From NCBI GenBank assembly GCA_048882505.1, contig JBHLRO010000002.1:360001-392000 (forward strand): a stretch of DNA of 32,000 bases, written 5' to 3'. This DNA is from Candidatus Thorarchaeota archaeon. Its GTDB lineage: Archaea; Asgardarchaeota; Heimdallarchaeia; Hodarchaeales; Hodarchaeaceae. The position numbers and the translations under genes were made by a program. The notes beneath the pieces are model-generated. The model was not told the origin of the DNA. It saw only the letters and a program-made list of their open reading frames with translations, and made no database searches. Of the stretch, positions 1 through 8,866 are shown one piece after another (position 1 is the stretch's first letter; each line of letters opens with the position of its first letter).

Positions 1-1
1 C

Positions 2-175
2 GATAATAACAAAAAAATATTCACTTTATTTGTTCATTCTTACCAGATAGGAATCATTTATTACTCTAAAGCCATTTTAGAATGTATTTTCGATAGTTAT
101 GGAAAGTTAGCAGTTCATAAATTCGAAAAATTCATCATTAATATCCTTATACGAAAAATGCAGTTCATTATATGA
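2..175 (+). CDS. Possible 3' end of an upstream gene (partial, unassigned)
   Basis: Frame +2 is open from the window edge to TGA at 173-175 (DNNKKIFTLF...KMQFII*). No recognisable motif. Confidence 0.2.
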   Translation, partial: DNNKKIFTLFVHSYQIGIIYYSKAILECIFDSYGKLAVHKFEKFIINILIRKMQFII

Positions 176-201
176 TTTGGAAAAATTGGAGGAAATAAAT
201 A

Positions 202-1746
202 TTGATGGAAAATCCGAATAAGAAACAAGAATATCCCTTTTTGGATGAACTTGGAATAGAAGAAGTCAATTCTGGAGCTAGTTTTGGACCAGGAAATTGG
301 ACACCTACTGAGGGCAGAGATCTGTTAGAAGTTATATCTCCAATAGACGGAGGTATCATTGCAAAAGTAGCGCAAGCTAATGATGCTGATTATGAAATAA
401 TTGTTAAAGCCGCCACAGAAAACTTCAGACAGTGGCAAATGCTGCCTGCTCCCAAAAGAGGAGACATTATCCGACAATTTGCGAATGCAATAAGAAAACT
501 AAAAGAGCCCCTTGGCAAATTAATCACCTTAGAAATGGGAAAAATCGTGCAAGAAGGAATGGGTGAAGTTCAAGAAGTAATAGATATCGCTGATTTTGCG
601 GTTGGTCTTTCTAGACAGCTTTATGGTGTTACAATGAAATCTGAAAGGCCAATGCACAGAATGTTTGAGCAATGGCATCCATTAGGAGCTATCGGAATTA
701 TTACGGCATTTAATTTTCCTATGGCGGTATGGTCTTGGAATGCTATGATAGCTGCTGTTGCAGGCGATACCATGATCTGGAAACCTTCCTCAAAAACTCC
801 ATTATGCGCAATTGCCATTCAAAAGATTGCCAACAAAGTTATGGAAAAAAATGGAGTAAAAGGGATTTTCAATCTTTGTATAGGAAAAGGGTCTGAAATC
901 GGTGAAAAACTCATTGGCGATCATAGGATCCCATTGATTTCATTTACGGGGAGTACAAGAATGGGAAGACGTGTTGCTGAGGTCACTGCCAAAAGGTTAG
1001 CTCGTTCTATCTTGGAACTTGGAGGTAACAATGCCATAATCGTTATGGATGATGCAGACTTAGAATTAACCGAAAGAGCTATTATCTTTGGAGCCATAGG
1101 AACAGCGGGACAGAGATGTACGACGACTAGACGCATCATTGCTCATGAAAAGATAGTTGATGAACTTACGGACCGATTAGTCAAAGGTTACCAACAAATC
1201 AAAATCGGAAACCCATTAGAAGACGGGATTTTAATGGGACCTCTGGTAGATGGGTCTGCAGTGGAAGAAATGCAGGTGGCATTAGAAGAACTTCCGAATC
1301 AAGGAGGAACAATCGTGTATGGTGGGAAAAAGCTTGATGGTAAGGGTTATTACGTGACTCCTGCCATTATTAGAGTGAATGATAATGTTCAGCGAGTCTG
1401 CCATGAAACTTTTGCCCCAATCCTATATATAATGCCGTTTAGGAACATTGATCACGCTATTCGACTTCACAATGGGGTACCTCAAGGGCTTTCCTCAGCT
1501 ATCTTCACAAACTCTCTAAAGGCTACAGAACGGTTCTTATCTGCTATGGGAAGTGATTGTGGCATAGCAAATGTAAATATAGGTACATCGGGTGCCGAGA
1601 TCGGAGGGGCCTTTGGTGGAAACTGGGATACAGGTTGGGGCAGAGAAGCTGGATCTGATGCTTGGAAGGGTTATATGCGTCGACAGACCAATACTGTTAA
1701 CTGGAGCGATGAATTACCGTTAGCTCAAGGTATCAGATTTGGATAG
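202..1746 (+). CDS. Aldehyde dehydrogenase, ALDH7/antiquitin-like (alpha-aminoadipate semialdehyde / piperideine-6-carboxylate dehydrogenase family)
   Basis: Motifs ITAFNFPMAVW, WKPS, FTGST, LELGGNNA, GTAGQRCTT (catalytic Cys), ETFAPILY, VNIGTSGAEIGGAFGG and [10 protein letters not shown] are typical of ALDH7. Probable ATG at 205. Confidence 0.93.
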   Translation: MMENPNKKQEYPFLDELGIEEVNSGASFGPGNWTPTEGRDLLEVISPIDGGIIAKVAQANDADYEIIVKAATENFRQWQMLPAPKRGDIIRQFANAIRKLKEPLGKLITLEMGKIVQEGMGEVQEVIDIADFAVGLSRQLYGVTMKSERPMHRMFEQWHPLGAIGIITAFNFPMAVWSWNAMIAAVAGDTMIWKPSSKTPLCAIAIQKIANKVMEKNGVKGIFNLCIGKGSEIGEKLIGDHRIPLISFTGSTRMGRRVAEVTAKRLARSILELGGNNAIIVMDDADLELTERAIIFGAIGTAGQRCTTTRRIIAHEKIVDELTDRLVKGYQQIKIGNPLEDGILMGPLVDGSAVEEMQVALEELPNQGGTIVYGGKKLDGKGYYVTPAIIRVNDNVQRVCHETFAPILYIMPFRNIDHAIRLHNGVPQGLSSAIFTNSLKATERFLSAMGSDCGIANVNIGTSGAEIGGAFGGNWDTGWGREAGSDAWKGYMRRQTNTVNWSDELPLAQGIRFG

Positions 1747-1753
1747 ACAAATC

Positions 1754-3406
1754 CTATTTCAAAGTTTGATCATATAAAGCAGCTATAGGGTCACCTAGCA
1801 TTCTCCTTCTATCTAGTACATCTTTCTTTTTCAAGTTCATATCAAACTTCCATGGGAATTCCCTTTGCGCTAGAGAGAGATGCTTTCCTACGGCACCATC
1901 TAAGTACCTAAAGAATTTGTCAATATTAGACTTTGAGGTAATAACTATAAACCAATGTAGATTCTGGGGGTATCGCTTATCGATTTTGTGATGGATTTGG
2001 GAATGAATCCCTACTTGGTTTTTCAACAGACTTGTTAGGAATTGTACATCTTCTTTGGAAAAGGAGAGAGTGTATAATGCAATTTGATTGCTACTAAAAT
2101 GTCCGTCGCCAATATACCAATGCAATAAAATGTTAGGAGTCATTTTAAAACTGCGAGGAACAATTTTCCCCTTATCATATAGCCTATACCAGTTTTTAAA
2201 GACATTCGTAAACTGTATTGTAGAGTTTGTTGTTAAATATATCATCCTGCTGTTTTTATTGTTTCTACCCTTTCTAAGATACTTATTTACATTGGTGAGA
2301 TATCCCTCCTGCCGAAACAGGCTTTCAAGTAATTTTATCCAATTAACTTCTAGTATTGATTTATGGATCTGAAAATACGCTGTGGGATGATCAGCAATAA
2401 TTTGGCAACTTTGATTAAACTTACGAACCAGATCCGGAAGATTGTCTATTTTCTCGAGTGATTTTATCTTCTGAAAGCCTTTAAGTCTCTCACATGAATC
2501 TTTATAATCTTCGATCCTCACATTATGGATTCTGTAACTTCTATTTCTAGGTATATTCAATCCTAGTGATCCATCACCTAAAAGCTCACCAATAAGAACT
2601 TCATTAAGGAGAGTGCTCATTTCACGATCAAATTTGGTGTTGTTTACGTGTTCTCTTATCTTTCTCATAGAGGCAGAATTCTGAACCTTAATACCACAAT
2701 TTCTCAGCTTCTTGCCAATATTCTTTCTATCTATATTGAATATTCTTTCTAATGATCTTAATGTCTTTAAATGTAAAAATTCTAGTACCAGCAATTCGTC
2801 TAAAACAGTTTGTACCTCTTTTTCACTAACTTTGAGTTTCAATGATATTTGTCTAGGATTTTTACCCTCTAACAGCATTCTTTTGACATATTCGAATTGA
2901 TTAGGTTTTAGCTTTTCAAATTCATTGTTGAAGGGCCATTTATGTATTGATCTTCGGTTCACCCCAAGCCTCTTAGCAATTTCAGTAATACTAAGGCCTT
3001 CGACCTGTAGATTAATCACCATTTTAATTAGGTCATCTTTAATTAAAGAGATCAATCGTTGCTTATTCAATCCCAACTTAAGAGAAATCTCATCAACGGG
3101 TTTTCCTCTATCTAGCAAATTCAATGCACTTTTTAGTAATTCTTCCCTTTCAATGTTCATCCGTTCTTCTAAAGCTGTTGCTTCTAGTGTTTCTTCCTTT
3201 TTACGTTGTGTTTCACCCTTCTCTCTGATTTTAGTTAATCCGTATTCAGTTATCCGTTTTCGGATGGTAGGTCGGGAAGTGTGAAAATATCGGGCAATAG
3301 CAGAAATTGTTTCCCCTTGTTCAAGAAGATAGGTTAGATCTTTTTTATCAATGTGTTTTTTCATGTTTGTGGGCATGTTTGTAGGTACATACGGCCGTTC
3401 ATACAT
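1754..3406 (-). CDS. LAGLIDADG homing endonuclease (two-motif, LAGLIDADG_2-like) with about five N-terminal helix-turn-helix modules
   Basis: LAGLIDADG helices EVLIGELLGDGSL and ILLHWYIGDGHF, plus downstream IALYTLSFSKEDVQFL. N-terminal HTH-like units: GETISAIARYFHTSRPTIRKR, GKPVDEISLKLGLNKQRL, GLSITEIAKRLGVNRRSIHKW, GKNPRQISLKLKVSEKEV, LRSLERIFNIDRKNIGKKL. Confidence 0.88.
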   Translation of the reverse strand: MYERPYVPTNMPTNMKKHIDKKDLTYLLEQGETISAIARYFHTSRPTIRKRITEYGLTKIREKGETQRKKEETLEATALEERMNIEREELLKSALNLLDRGKPVDEISLKLGLNKQRLISLIKDDLIKMVINLQVEGLSITEIAKRLGVNRRSIHKWPFNNEFEKLKPNQFEYVKRMLLEGKNPRQISLKLKVSEKEVQTVLDELLVLEFLHLKTLRSLERIFNIDRKNIGKKLRNCGIKVQNSASMRKIREHVNNTKFDREMSTLLNEVLIGELLGDGSLGLNIPRNRSYRIHNVRIEDYKDSCERLKGFQKIKSLEKIDNLPDLVRKFNQSCQIIADHPTAYFQIHKSILEVNWIKLLESLFRQEGYLTNVNKYLRKGRNNKNSRMIYLTTNSTIQFTNVFKNWYRLYDKGKIVPRSFKMTPNILLHWYIGDGHFSSNQIALYTLSFSKEDVQFLTSLLKNQVGIHSQIHHKIDKRYPQNLHWFIVITSKSNIDKFFRYLDGAVGKHLSLAQREFPWKFDMNLKKKDVLDRRRMLGDPIAALYDQTLK

Positions 3407-3427
3407 TAAGAATCTTTAGCTCTCTGA

Positions 3428-3434
3428 TATAAAA
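3428..3434 (-). promoter_or_regulatory. Candidate archaeal TATA box for the endonuclease gene
   Basis: TTTTATA on the minus strand 22-28 nt upstream of the ATG at 3406. No clear BRE. Confidence 0.3.
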
Positions 3435-3527
3435 GAAAAAGTACGTTTTCACTCTATAAAAAGGTTCTTTGATGGAGATCGTGTTGAATAGACTTGAATG
3501 CTAGTAAGACTATGAAATAAAAGAACG

Positions 3528-3653
3528 AAAGAGACCGGAGGAGGTAGAGAAGCGGGTTCTGACGCTTGGAAGGGTTATATGCGTCGACGAACCAATACTA
3601 TTAATTGGAGTGATGAACTGCCGTTAGCACAGGGGATTAAATTTGGCTCATAA
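3528..3653 (+). pseudogene. Orphaned (probably original) 3' end of the ALDH7-type gene
   Basis: Translates to [41 protein letters not shown] with no start codon. A 25-nt stretch is identical between 3564-3588 and 1660-1684; most other differences are synonymous. Confidence 0.9.
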
Positions 3654-3773
3654 AGATAAGATGACCTTAAAATAACCCTACCCACCTAAGATGAATTATC
3701 TGTTCCCAAGAAGGAGAGCTTTTCGGGGCTACAATAATTTATACAAGTTGACATCGCATCTTATGCCCAAAAG

Positions 3774-5213
3774 GTGATTGATGTGAAAATCCTGTTAGCT
3801 GGAGAATGGATTGATACAAGCGAGAAGATAGATGTTTTCGATCCTTATGATGGTTCAGTTATCGATACAGTCCCGAGAGTTACAGTTAAGGATGTGCAAA
3901 AGGCTATTGAAAACGCAGTAAAGGGATATCAAATATGTAGAGCGTTACCCACACATAAACGAATGGAAATCCTGGAAAAAACGGCTCTTTACGTTAAGGA
4001 TAATTTTGAAGATTTTAGTGAAACCATTGCGAGAGAAGGTTCGAAAACCATTCGTGAGGCCCGAAAAGAGGTAGCTCGATGTATAAATACTCTAAAAGTT
4101 TCCGCAGAAGAAACTCGTCGGTTATTAGGGGAGACTATCCCATTTGACAGTTTTCCAGGAGCAGAAAACAAGGTAGGATATTATTATCGCTTTCCAATTG
4201 GCCCTATTGCCTGTATAACACCATTTAATGATCCCCTTAATTTGGTGGCCCACAAAATTGGTCCAGCAATTGCCGGAGGAAACTCCGTTATACTCAAGCC
4301 CGCGACGATGACTCCTTTATCTGCCATAAAACTCGTAAAGGGATTTTTGGCGGCCGGATTACCCAAAGAAATCATCAATATTGTCACTGGATTTGGTTCA
4401 GAAATCGGTGATTCGCTCGTGAGCGATGATCGAATACGAATGATTAGTTTTACGGGTGGCGTTAACGCCGCAAAGCAAATCCTTAAGCTTGCAGGTCTAA
4501 AAAAAGTTGGAATGGAGCTCGGGTCTAATAGTCCTGTCATTATTTGGCATGATGCAGATCTGGAATACGCGACTGAAAGCTGTGTGTCAGGAGCCTTTTG
4601 GGCTGCTGGCCAGAATTGTATAGGTGTTCAACGTCTCCTTGTACATGATTCCGTCTACGGAGAATTCGTATCCAAATTTACGGAACGGACTGAGAAATAT
4701 AAAATTGGAAATAAATTGGAAGAGGATTGTGATATGGGGCCCATGATAAACGAAACCGAGGCCAAACGCATTGAAACCTGGGTAAATGAAGCTGTTGAAA
4801 AAGGAGCAAGGATTTTACTTGGTGGACACCGGGACGGGGCACTATTTGAACCGACAATTCTGGAAAACGTGACCAAAGAAATGACTTTGGATTGTGATGA
4901 AGTATTTGCTCCTGTTGTTAGTTTTTATAGGATATCTTCCTTTGAAGAGGCAATTGAGGAGGCTAACAAAGTGAATTATGGATTACATGCTGCTATATTT
5001 ACTCAGGATATTGATCTAGCATTTAAAGCAATCCATAAATTGGAATGTGGTGGAGTAATTGTCAACGAGAGTACTGATTATAGGTTGGATTCTATGCCTT
5101 TCGGAGGAATCAAGAATTCAGGACTAGGTCGGGAAGGAATAAAATTTGCACTGATGGAGATGACAGAGCCAAAGGTAGTATGTTTCAATTTGAAGAACCC
5201 TCCCCTAGCTTGA
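3774..5213 (+). CDS. NAD(P)-dependent aldehyde dehydrogenase (lactaldehyde dehydrogenase / GAPN-like archaeal group)
   Basis: Motifs ITPFNDPLNL, LKPA, FTGG, MELGSNSP, AGQNCIG, EVFAPV and PFGGIKNSGLGREG. Confidence 0.92.
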   Translation: MIDVKILLAGEWIDTSEKIDVFDPYDGSVIDTVPRVTVKDVQKAIENAVKGYQICRALPTHKRMEILEKTALYVKDNFEDFSETIAREGSKTIREARKEVARCINTLKVSAEETRRLLGETIPFDSFPGAENKVGYYYRFPIGPIACITPFNDPLNLVAHKIGPAIAGGNSVILKPATMTPLSAIKLVKGFLAAGLPKEIINIVTGFGSEIGDSLVSDDRIRMISFTGGVNAAKQILKLAGLKKVGMELGSNSPVIIWHDADLEYATESCVSGAFWAAGQNCIGVQRLLVHDSVYGEFVSKFTERTEKYKIGNKLEEDCDMGPMINETEAKRIETWVNEAVEKGARILLGGHRDGALFEPTILENVTKEMTLDCDEVFAPVVSFYRISSFEEAIEEANKVNYGLHAAIFTQDIDLAFKAIHKLECGGVIVNESTDYRLDSMPFGGIKNSGLGREGIKFALMEMTEPKVVCFNLKNPPLA

Positions 5214-5220
5214 ATTAATC

Positions 5221-6003
5221 TTATTGTCTAGATAGCAGTTTATTTTCTCTTTTGAATCCGAATATTTTTCTCCAAATCCACTTTATGGGATCGTAGTACC
5301 TGTCTGCGACTCTTTCTTTCAAGGGAATTATCGCATTATCAGTGATTTGGATATTTTCAGGACAAACTTCGGTACAACACTTTGTAATATTACAATATCC
5401 GATGCCAAACTCGTTTTTTACCGCTGCCGCTCTATCTTCGATATCTAGAGGATGCATATCCAAATTCGCCAAGCGAAGAAGAAATCTCGGGCCTACAAAT
5501 TCCTCGAATTTCTGGTGAGTTCTGAGAACATGGCATACATCCTGACAAAGATAGCATTCGATGCATTTTCGAAACTCCTGTATTCTATCAACATCTTCTT
5601 GCATTATACGAGGTTTTTTGATTTCTGGAAATGCCAGAGGAGGGATTTTTCGATTGACTTCATAATTCCAAGAGACATCGGTGACAAGGTCCTTAATCAA
5701 GGGGAACGCAGCCATTGGTTTTACGATTATGGGTTCAGTTGGGTCATAATCTGAAAGCCGAGTCATACACATTAATTTGGGCAGTCCATTAATCTCAGCC
5801 GAGCAGGAACCACATTTTCCAGCTTTACAATTCCAACGAACTGCCAAATCTTTAGCATGTAACGCCTGAACAGCATGTACTGCATCAAGAACCACGGAGC
5901 CAGGTTCAAGGTCAACATCAAACTCCTCCATGCGGATAGCCTCCTTGGTTTCACCCCTTTGAATGATTAATTTTGCCTTGTGCAATTGTGACTTATTCTG
6001 CAA
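5221..6003 (-). CDS. sdhB: Succinate dehydrogenase/fumarate reductase iron-sulfur subunit (Sdh1 / Rv0247c-like)
   Basis: Fe-S motifs RWNCKAGKCGSC...LMC, CIECYLCQDVC and CNITKCCTEVCP. Confidence 0.92.
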   Translation of the reverse strand: MQNKSQLHKAKLIIQRGETKEAIRMEEFDVDLEPGSVVLDAVHAVQALHAKDLAVRWNCKAGKCGSCSAEINGLPKLMCMTRLSDYDPTEPIIVKPMAAFPLIKDLVTDVSWNYEVNRKIPPLAFPEIKKPRIMQEDVDRIQEFRKCIECYLCQDVCHVLRTHQKFEEFVGPRFLLRLANLDMHPLDIEDRAAAVKNEFGIGYCNITKCCTEVCPENIQITDNAIIPLKERVADRYYDPIKWIWRKIFGFKRENKLLSRQ

Positions 6004-6006
6004 ACT

Positions 6007-7839
6007 TCAAACCTCTTGCTCGATTAGTTCCTTTAAATCGTCTGAGACCTGGGGATATTTCTCATGAGCAACTTCAAGGGTTCCATCGTCAGCTTTTTTT
6101 AGTACAATGAGCAAATCTGTCAAATCTGGATTGGATTCCGGATAATCAACTCTTGTGTGCGCGCCCCTGCTTTCTTTCCTCTCTAAAGCCCCTCTTGCTA
6201 TTGTAATACTAGTAATGAGCATATGGTGAAGATCAATACATAAATGCCAGTTGGGATTGTATTTTCTTCCTCCTTCGAGCACGCCCACATTATTTATTTT
6301 CTTGGATATTTCTTCTAATTTGTTAATTCCAGCTTTAATGTTCTCCTCACTGCGAGCAATTCCAATGTGCTCTTCCATTATATCTTTAAGCTCATCATGA
6401 AGTTTATATGGGTCTTCAGTTCGGTTTGGATCAAAATACATAAGAATCTGATTAATTGCCTCCATCAATCTAGTTTTCGATACGGTAGACTCTTTAGTTA
6501 TCGAAGACGTGTATTCTGCCGCAGCTTCTCCTGCTAACGCACCAAAGACAAGTAAATCCGATAAAGAGTTTCCACCCAGTCTGTTTGCACCATGTAAACC
6601 GCTTGCAGCTTCGCCCGCGGCATACAATCCTGTTATTGAAGTTTTCTGCGTAAATGGATCCACTCTAATACCTCCCATAAAATAATGGCAAGTAGGCCCA
6701 ACCTCCATGGGTTCCTTTGTTATATCTAATTGAGCCAGAGTAAGGAATTGATGATGCATCGAGGGGAGTTTTTTGAGGATTTCTTCTCTAGATTTCCTTG
6801 AAGCAATATCCAGAAAAACGCCTCCATGAGGAGAACCTCTTCCTGCCTTTACCTCGGACATAATGGCCCTCGCGACCACGTCCCTGGTTAATAATTCAGG
6901 AGGACGTCTTGCTGAATTGTCCCCCATGCCCCATCTTTCAGCCTCTTCTTCAGTATCCGCATAATCGTCTTTGAAAAACTTGGGTATATAGTTGAACATA
7001 AACCTCTCTCCTTTATTATTGACAAGTACACCTCCTTCCCCTCGGACTCCTTCAGTTACCAGAATTCCCGCAACACTAGAAGGGAAAAGCATTCCTGTTG
7101 GATGAAACTGGACAAACTCCATGTCAACTAATTCAGCGCCCGCATCATAGGCGAGTCCAAAACCATCGCCAGTATATTCCCACGAATTAGAGGTTACTCG
7201 ATAGCATTTGCCCATCCCTCCTGTTGCAATTATTGCTGCATTCACCTCAAACAACATTAGTTTTCCATCTTGACGATTATAGCCGAACACACCTACAACT
7301 TTCCCTTCCTCGACAATTATTTGAGTCACTGTACATTCCATGTATATTTTGATATTCTTCTGGTGGATGACCTTGTTTTGTAGAGTTCTGATGATTTCAA
7401 GTCCTGTTCGGTCACCAACATGGGCCAAGCGTTGGAAAGTATGTCCTCCAAAATGTCTTTGGCTTATTTTTCCAGTTTTTGTACGATCAAACACGGCCCC
7501 CCATTTTTCCAGCTCTTTCACTCTTTGAGGAGCTAATTGACCATGTAATCTTGCCATCCTCCAGTCACTATGCAGTTTCCCTCCTCTCATTGTGTCTCTG
7601 AAATGGATCTTCCAGTTATCGTTTGGATCTGCATCTCCGAGCGCGGCCGCAATCCCTCCTTCTGCCATTACGGTATGGGCCTTGCCCAATAAGGATTTGC
7701 AAACCACTCCGACACTGAGTTTTTTTTCTGCAGCTCCGATTGCTGCTCTTAGTCCAGCTCCTCCTGCCCCGATGATTAAGATATCGTGATGAAATCTCTC
7801 TAAATTGTCGAGTTCGTCTTGCATATTGATTTCAAACAT
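6007..7839 (-). CDS. sdhA: Succinate dehydrogenase/fumarate reductase flavoprotein subunit (Sdh1 / Rv0248c-like)
   Basis: Motifs IIGAGGAGLRAA, KAHTVMAEGG (FAD-binding His), QFHPTG, TEGVRGEGG, HYFMGG, HGANRLGGNSL and ESRGAH. Confidence 0.95.
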   Translation of the reverse strand: MFEINMQDELDNLERFHHDILIIGAGGAGLRAAIGAAEKKLSVGVVCKSLLGKAHTVMAEGGIAAALGDADPNDNWKIHFRDTMRGGKLHSDWRMARLHGQLAPQRVKELEKWGAVFDRTKTGKISQRHFGGHTFQRLAHVGDRTGLEIIRTLQNKVIHQKNIKIYMECTVTQIIVEEGKVVGVFGYNRQDGKLMLFEVNAAIIATGGMGKCYRVTSNSWEYTGDGFGLAYDAGAELVDMEFVQFHPTGMLFPSSVAGILVTEGVRGEGGVLVNNKGERFMFNYIPKFFKDDYADTEEEAERWGMGDNSARRPPELLTRDVVARAIMSEVKAGRGSPHGGVFLDIASRKSREEILKKLPSMHHQFLTLAQLDITKEPMEVGPTCHYFMGGIRVDPFTQKTSITGLYAAGEAASGLHGANRLGGNSLSDLLVFGALAGEAAAEYTSSITKESTVSKTRLMEAINQILMYFDPNRTEDPYKLHDELKDIMEEHIGIARSEENIKAGINKLEEISKKINNVGVLEGGRKYNPNWHLCIDLHHMLITSITIARGALERKESRGAHTRVDYPESNPDLTDLLIVLKKADDGTLEVAHEKYPQVSDDLKELIEQEV

Positions 7840-7861
7840 AATGAAGTCTCCAAATTGTAAG

Positions 7862-8653
7862 TTAAAGCGGTATCAACACAATAAAAGGATCGGTGAGGAT
7901 TCCTAATACCAGTAATCTAATGTAGAGATCGACAATAACTACCCAGACCAAACTCATCCAAAAAAATACATAGTGGTACTTGTTTAGGCGACTTACTATT
8001 CTCCATCCTTTGTACCGAACTTTGGAGCAGGAATAGCAGTTCAGACCTCCACCCACCAAATGGCGAAATGAATGACACGATGCAACATAAAGAGAAAGGA
8101 ATAAAGCATCTGCGAAAATGAGGACAGATCCCAGACCTATTCCCAATCCTCCTTCAAAACTCAATGCTAAAATGGTATCTATCCAGTGAATTGCTGCTAA
8201 AATGATTGCCATGTAGAGAAAATACCTATGAAGATTGTTTAAAACAAACGGTAAAGGGAATCTTTGATTTTCACCTTTATATCTGTACCGAAGGGCTTCT
8301 ACCTCATTAACTGCACAACTTGGAGGATCAAGGAAAAAAATTCGGTAATACACTCTTCGTGCATAATAACAAGTGAATCTGAATCCCAAGGGAGCCCAGA
8401 TAAGGATGAAAGCTGGTGAAAATGGCCATCCCACAATCTCAATTTCTGGAGAATAGATTGGGCTTATGTAATGATTATATTTATAGTTCACTCCTACCCA
8501 CATTGACCATCCAGTATATACACCGAATATTATCAATGTTAGAGCCTTTAATAAAGGGTCGATCCACCATCGATCGGTTCTTGCAGTTTGGAAAAGTTGT
8601 TGGTAGCTTTCACTCTTTCTAGTTAAGGAAGGTACTTCTGACATGGGATTCAA
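7862..8653 (-). CDS. Succinate dehydrogenase membrane anchor, Sdh1/type F (Rv0249c-like)
   Basis: About five TM helices. Motifs RTDRWW, SPIYSP, PLGFRFTCYYARRVYYR, NNLHRY, SCHSFRHLVGG and LNKYH. It is the first gene of the sdh operon. Confidence 0.8.
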   Translation of the reverse strand: MNPMSEVPSLTRKSESYQQLFQTARTDRWWIDPLLKALTLIIFGVYTGWSMWVGVNYKYNHYISPIYSPEIEIVGWPFSPAFILIWAPLGFRFTCYYARRVYYRIFFLDPPSCAVNEVEALRYRYKGENQRFPLPFVLNNLHRYFLYMAIILAAIHWIDTILALSFEGGLGIGLGSVLIFADALFLSLYVASCHSFRHLVGGGLNCYSCSKVRYKGWRIVSRLNKYHYVFFWMSLVWVVIVDLYIRLLVLGILTDPFIVLIPL

Positions 8654-8866
8654 TCCCTTGGAACGAATAACAATTGTTAACCTTCCACAAAATTACTCTT
8701 TAATTGTATTTTGCCATCTTTAACAAATGCTATATCTGTCAGGTATTTGAAAGAAGCTGGAAATTTGGGCTAATGTTGAGTCCTAAAAACGCAGAATATT
8801 GAGAACAGAGAAAAAACAGAATAAAAATGATTGAACCGCTATTTTAATCAAGGTGTGGGCTACTAA

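Larger units (their letters stand above)
1621..3526. mobile_element. Homing-endonuclease cassette inserted in the ALDH 3' end: replacement C-terminal coding segment plus LAGLIDADG gene
   Basis: The last ~41 ALDH codons occur twice (1621-1746 and 3528-3653), on either side of the endonuclease gene. The downstream copy has the canonical KETGGG motif. Junctions are approximate to a few nt. Confidence 0.75.

Noticed and set aside
2671-2681. 11-nt match (AGGCAGAATTC) between the copy B variable block and the endonuclease gene
   Set aside because: Too short; expected by chance in 32 kb of AT-rich sequence.
1754-3406. Intein
   Set aside because: The ORF is on the opposite strand to the ALDH gene, has its own start and stop, and shows no N-terminal Cys/Ser or C-terminal His-Asn splicing motifs.
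1621-3527. Group I intron or archaeal bulge-helix-bulge intron carrying the endonuclease
   Set aside because: Only 7 nt and ~120 nt of non-coding sequence flank the ORF, too little for a group I core. CCTTTGGT (1610-1617) can pair with ACCGGAGG (3534-3541), but the required 4-bp central helix of a BHB motif does not form. The upstream gene already ends in a complete in-frame C-terminus.
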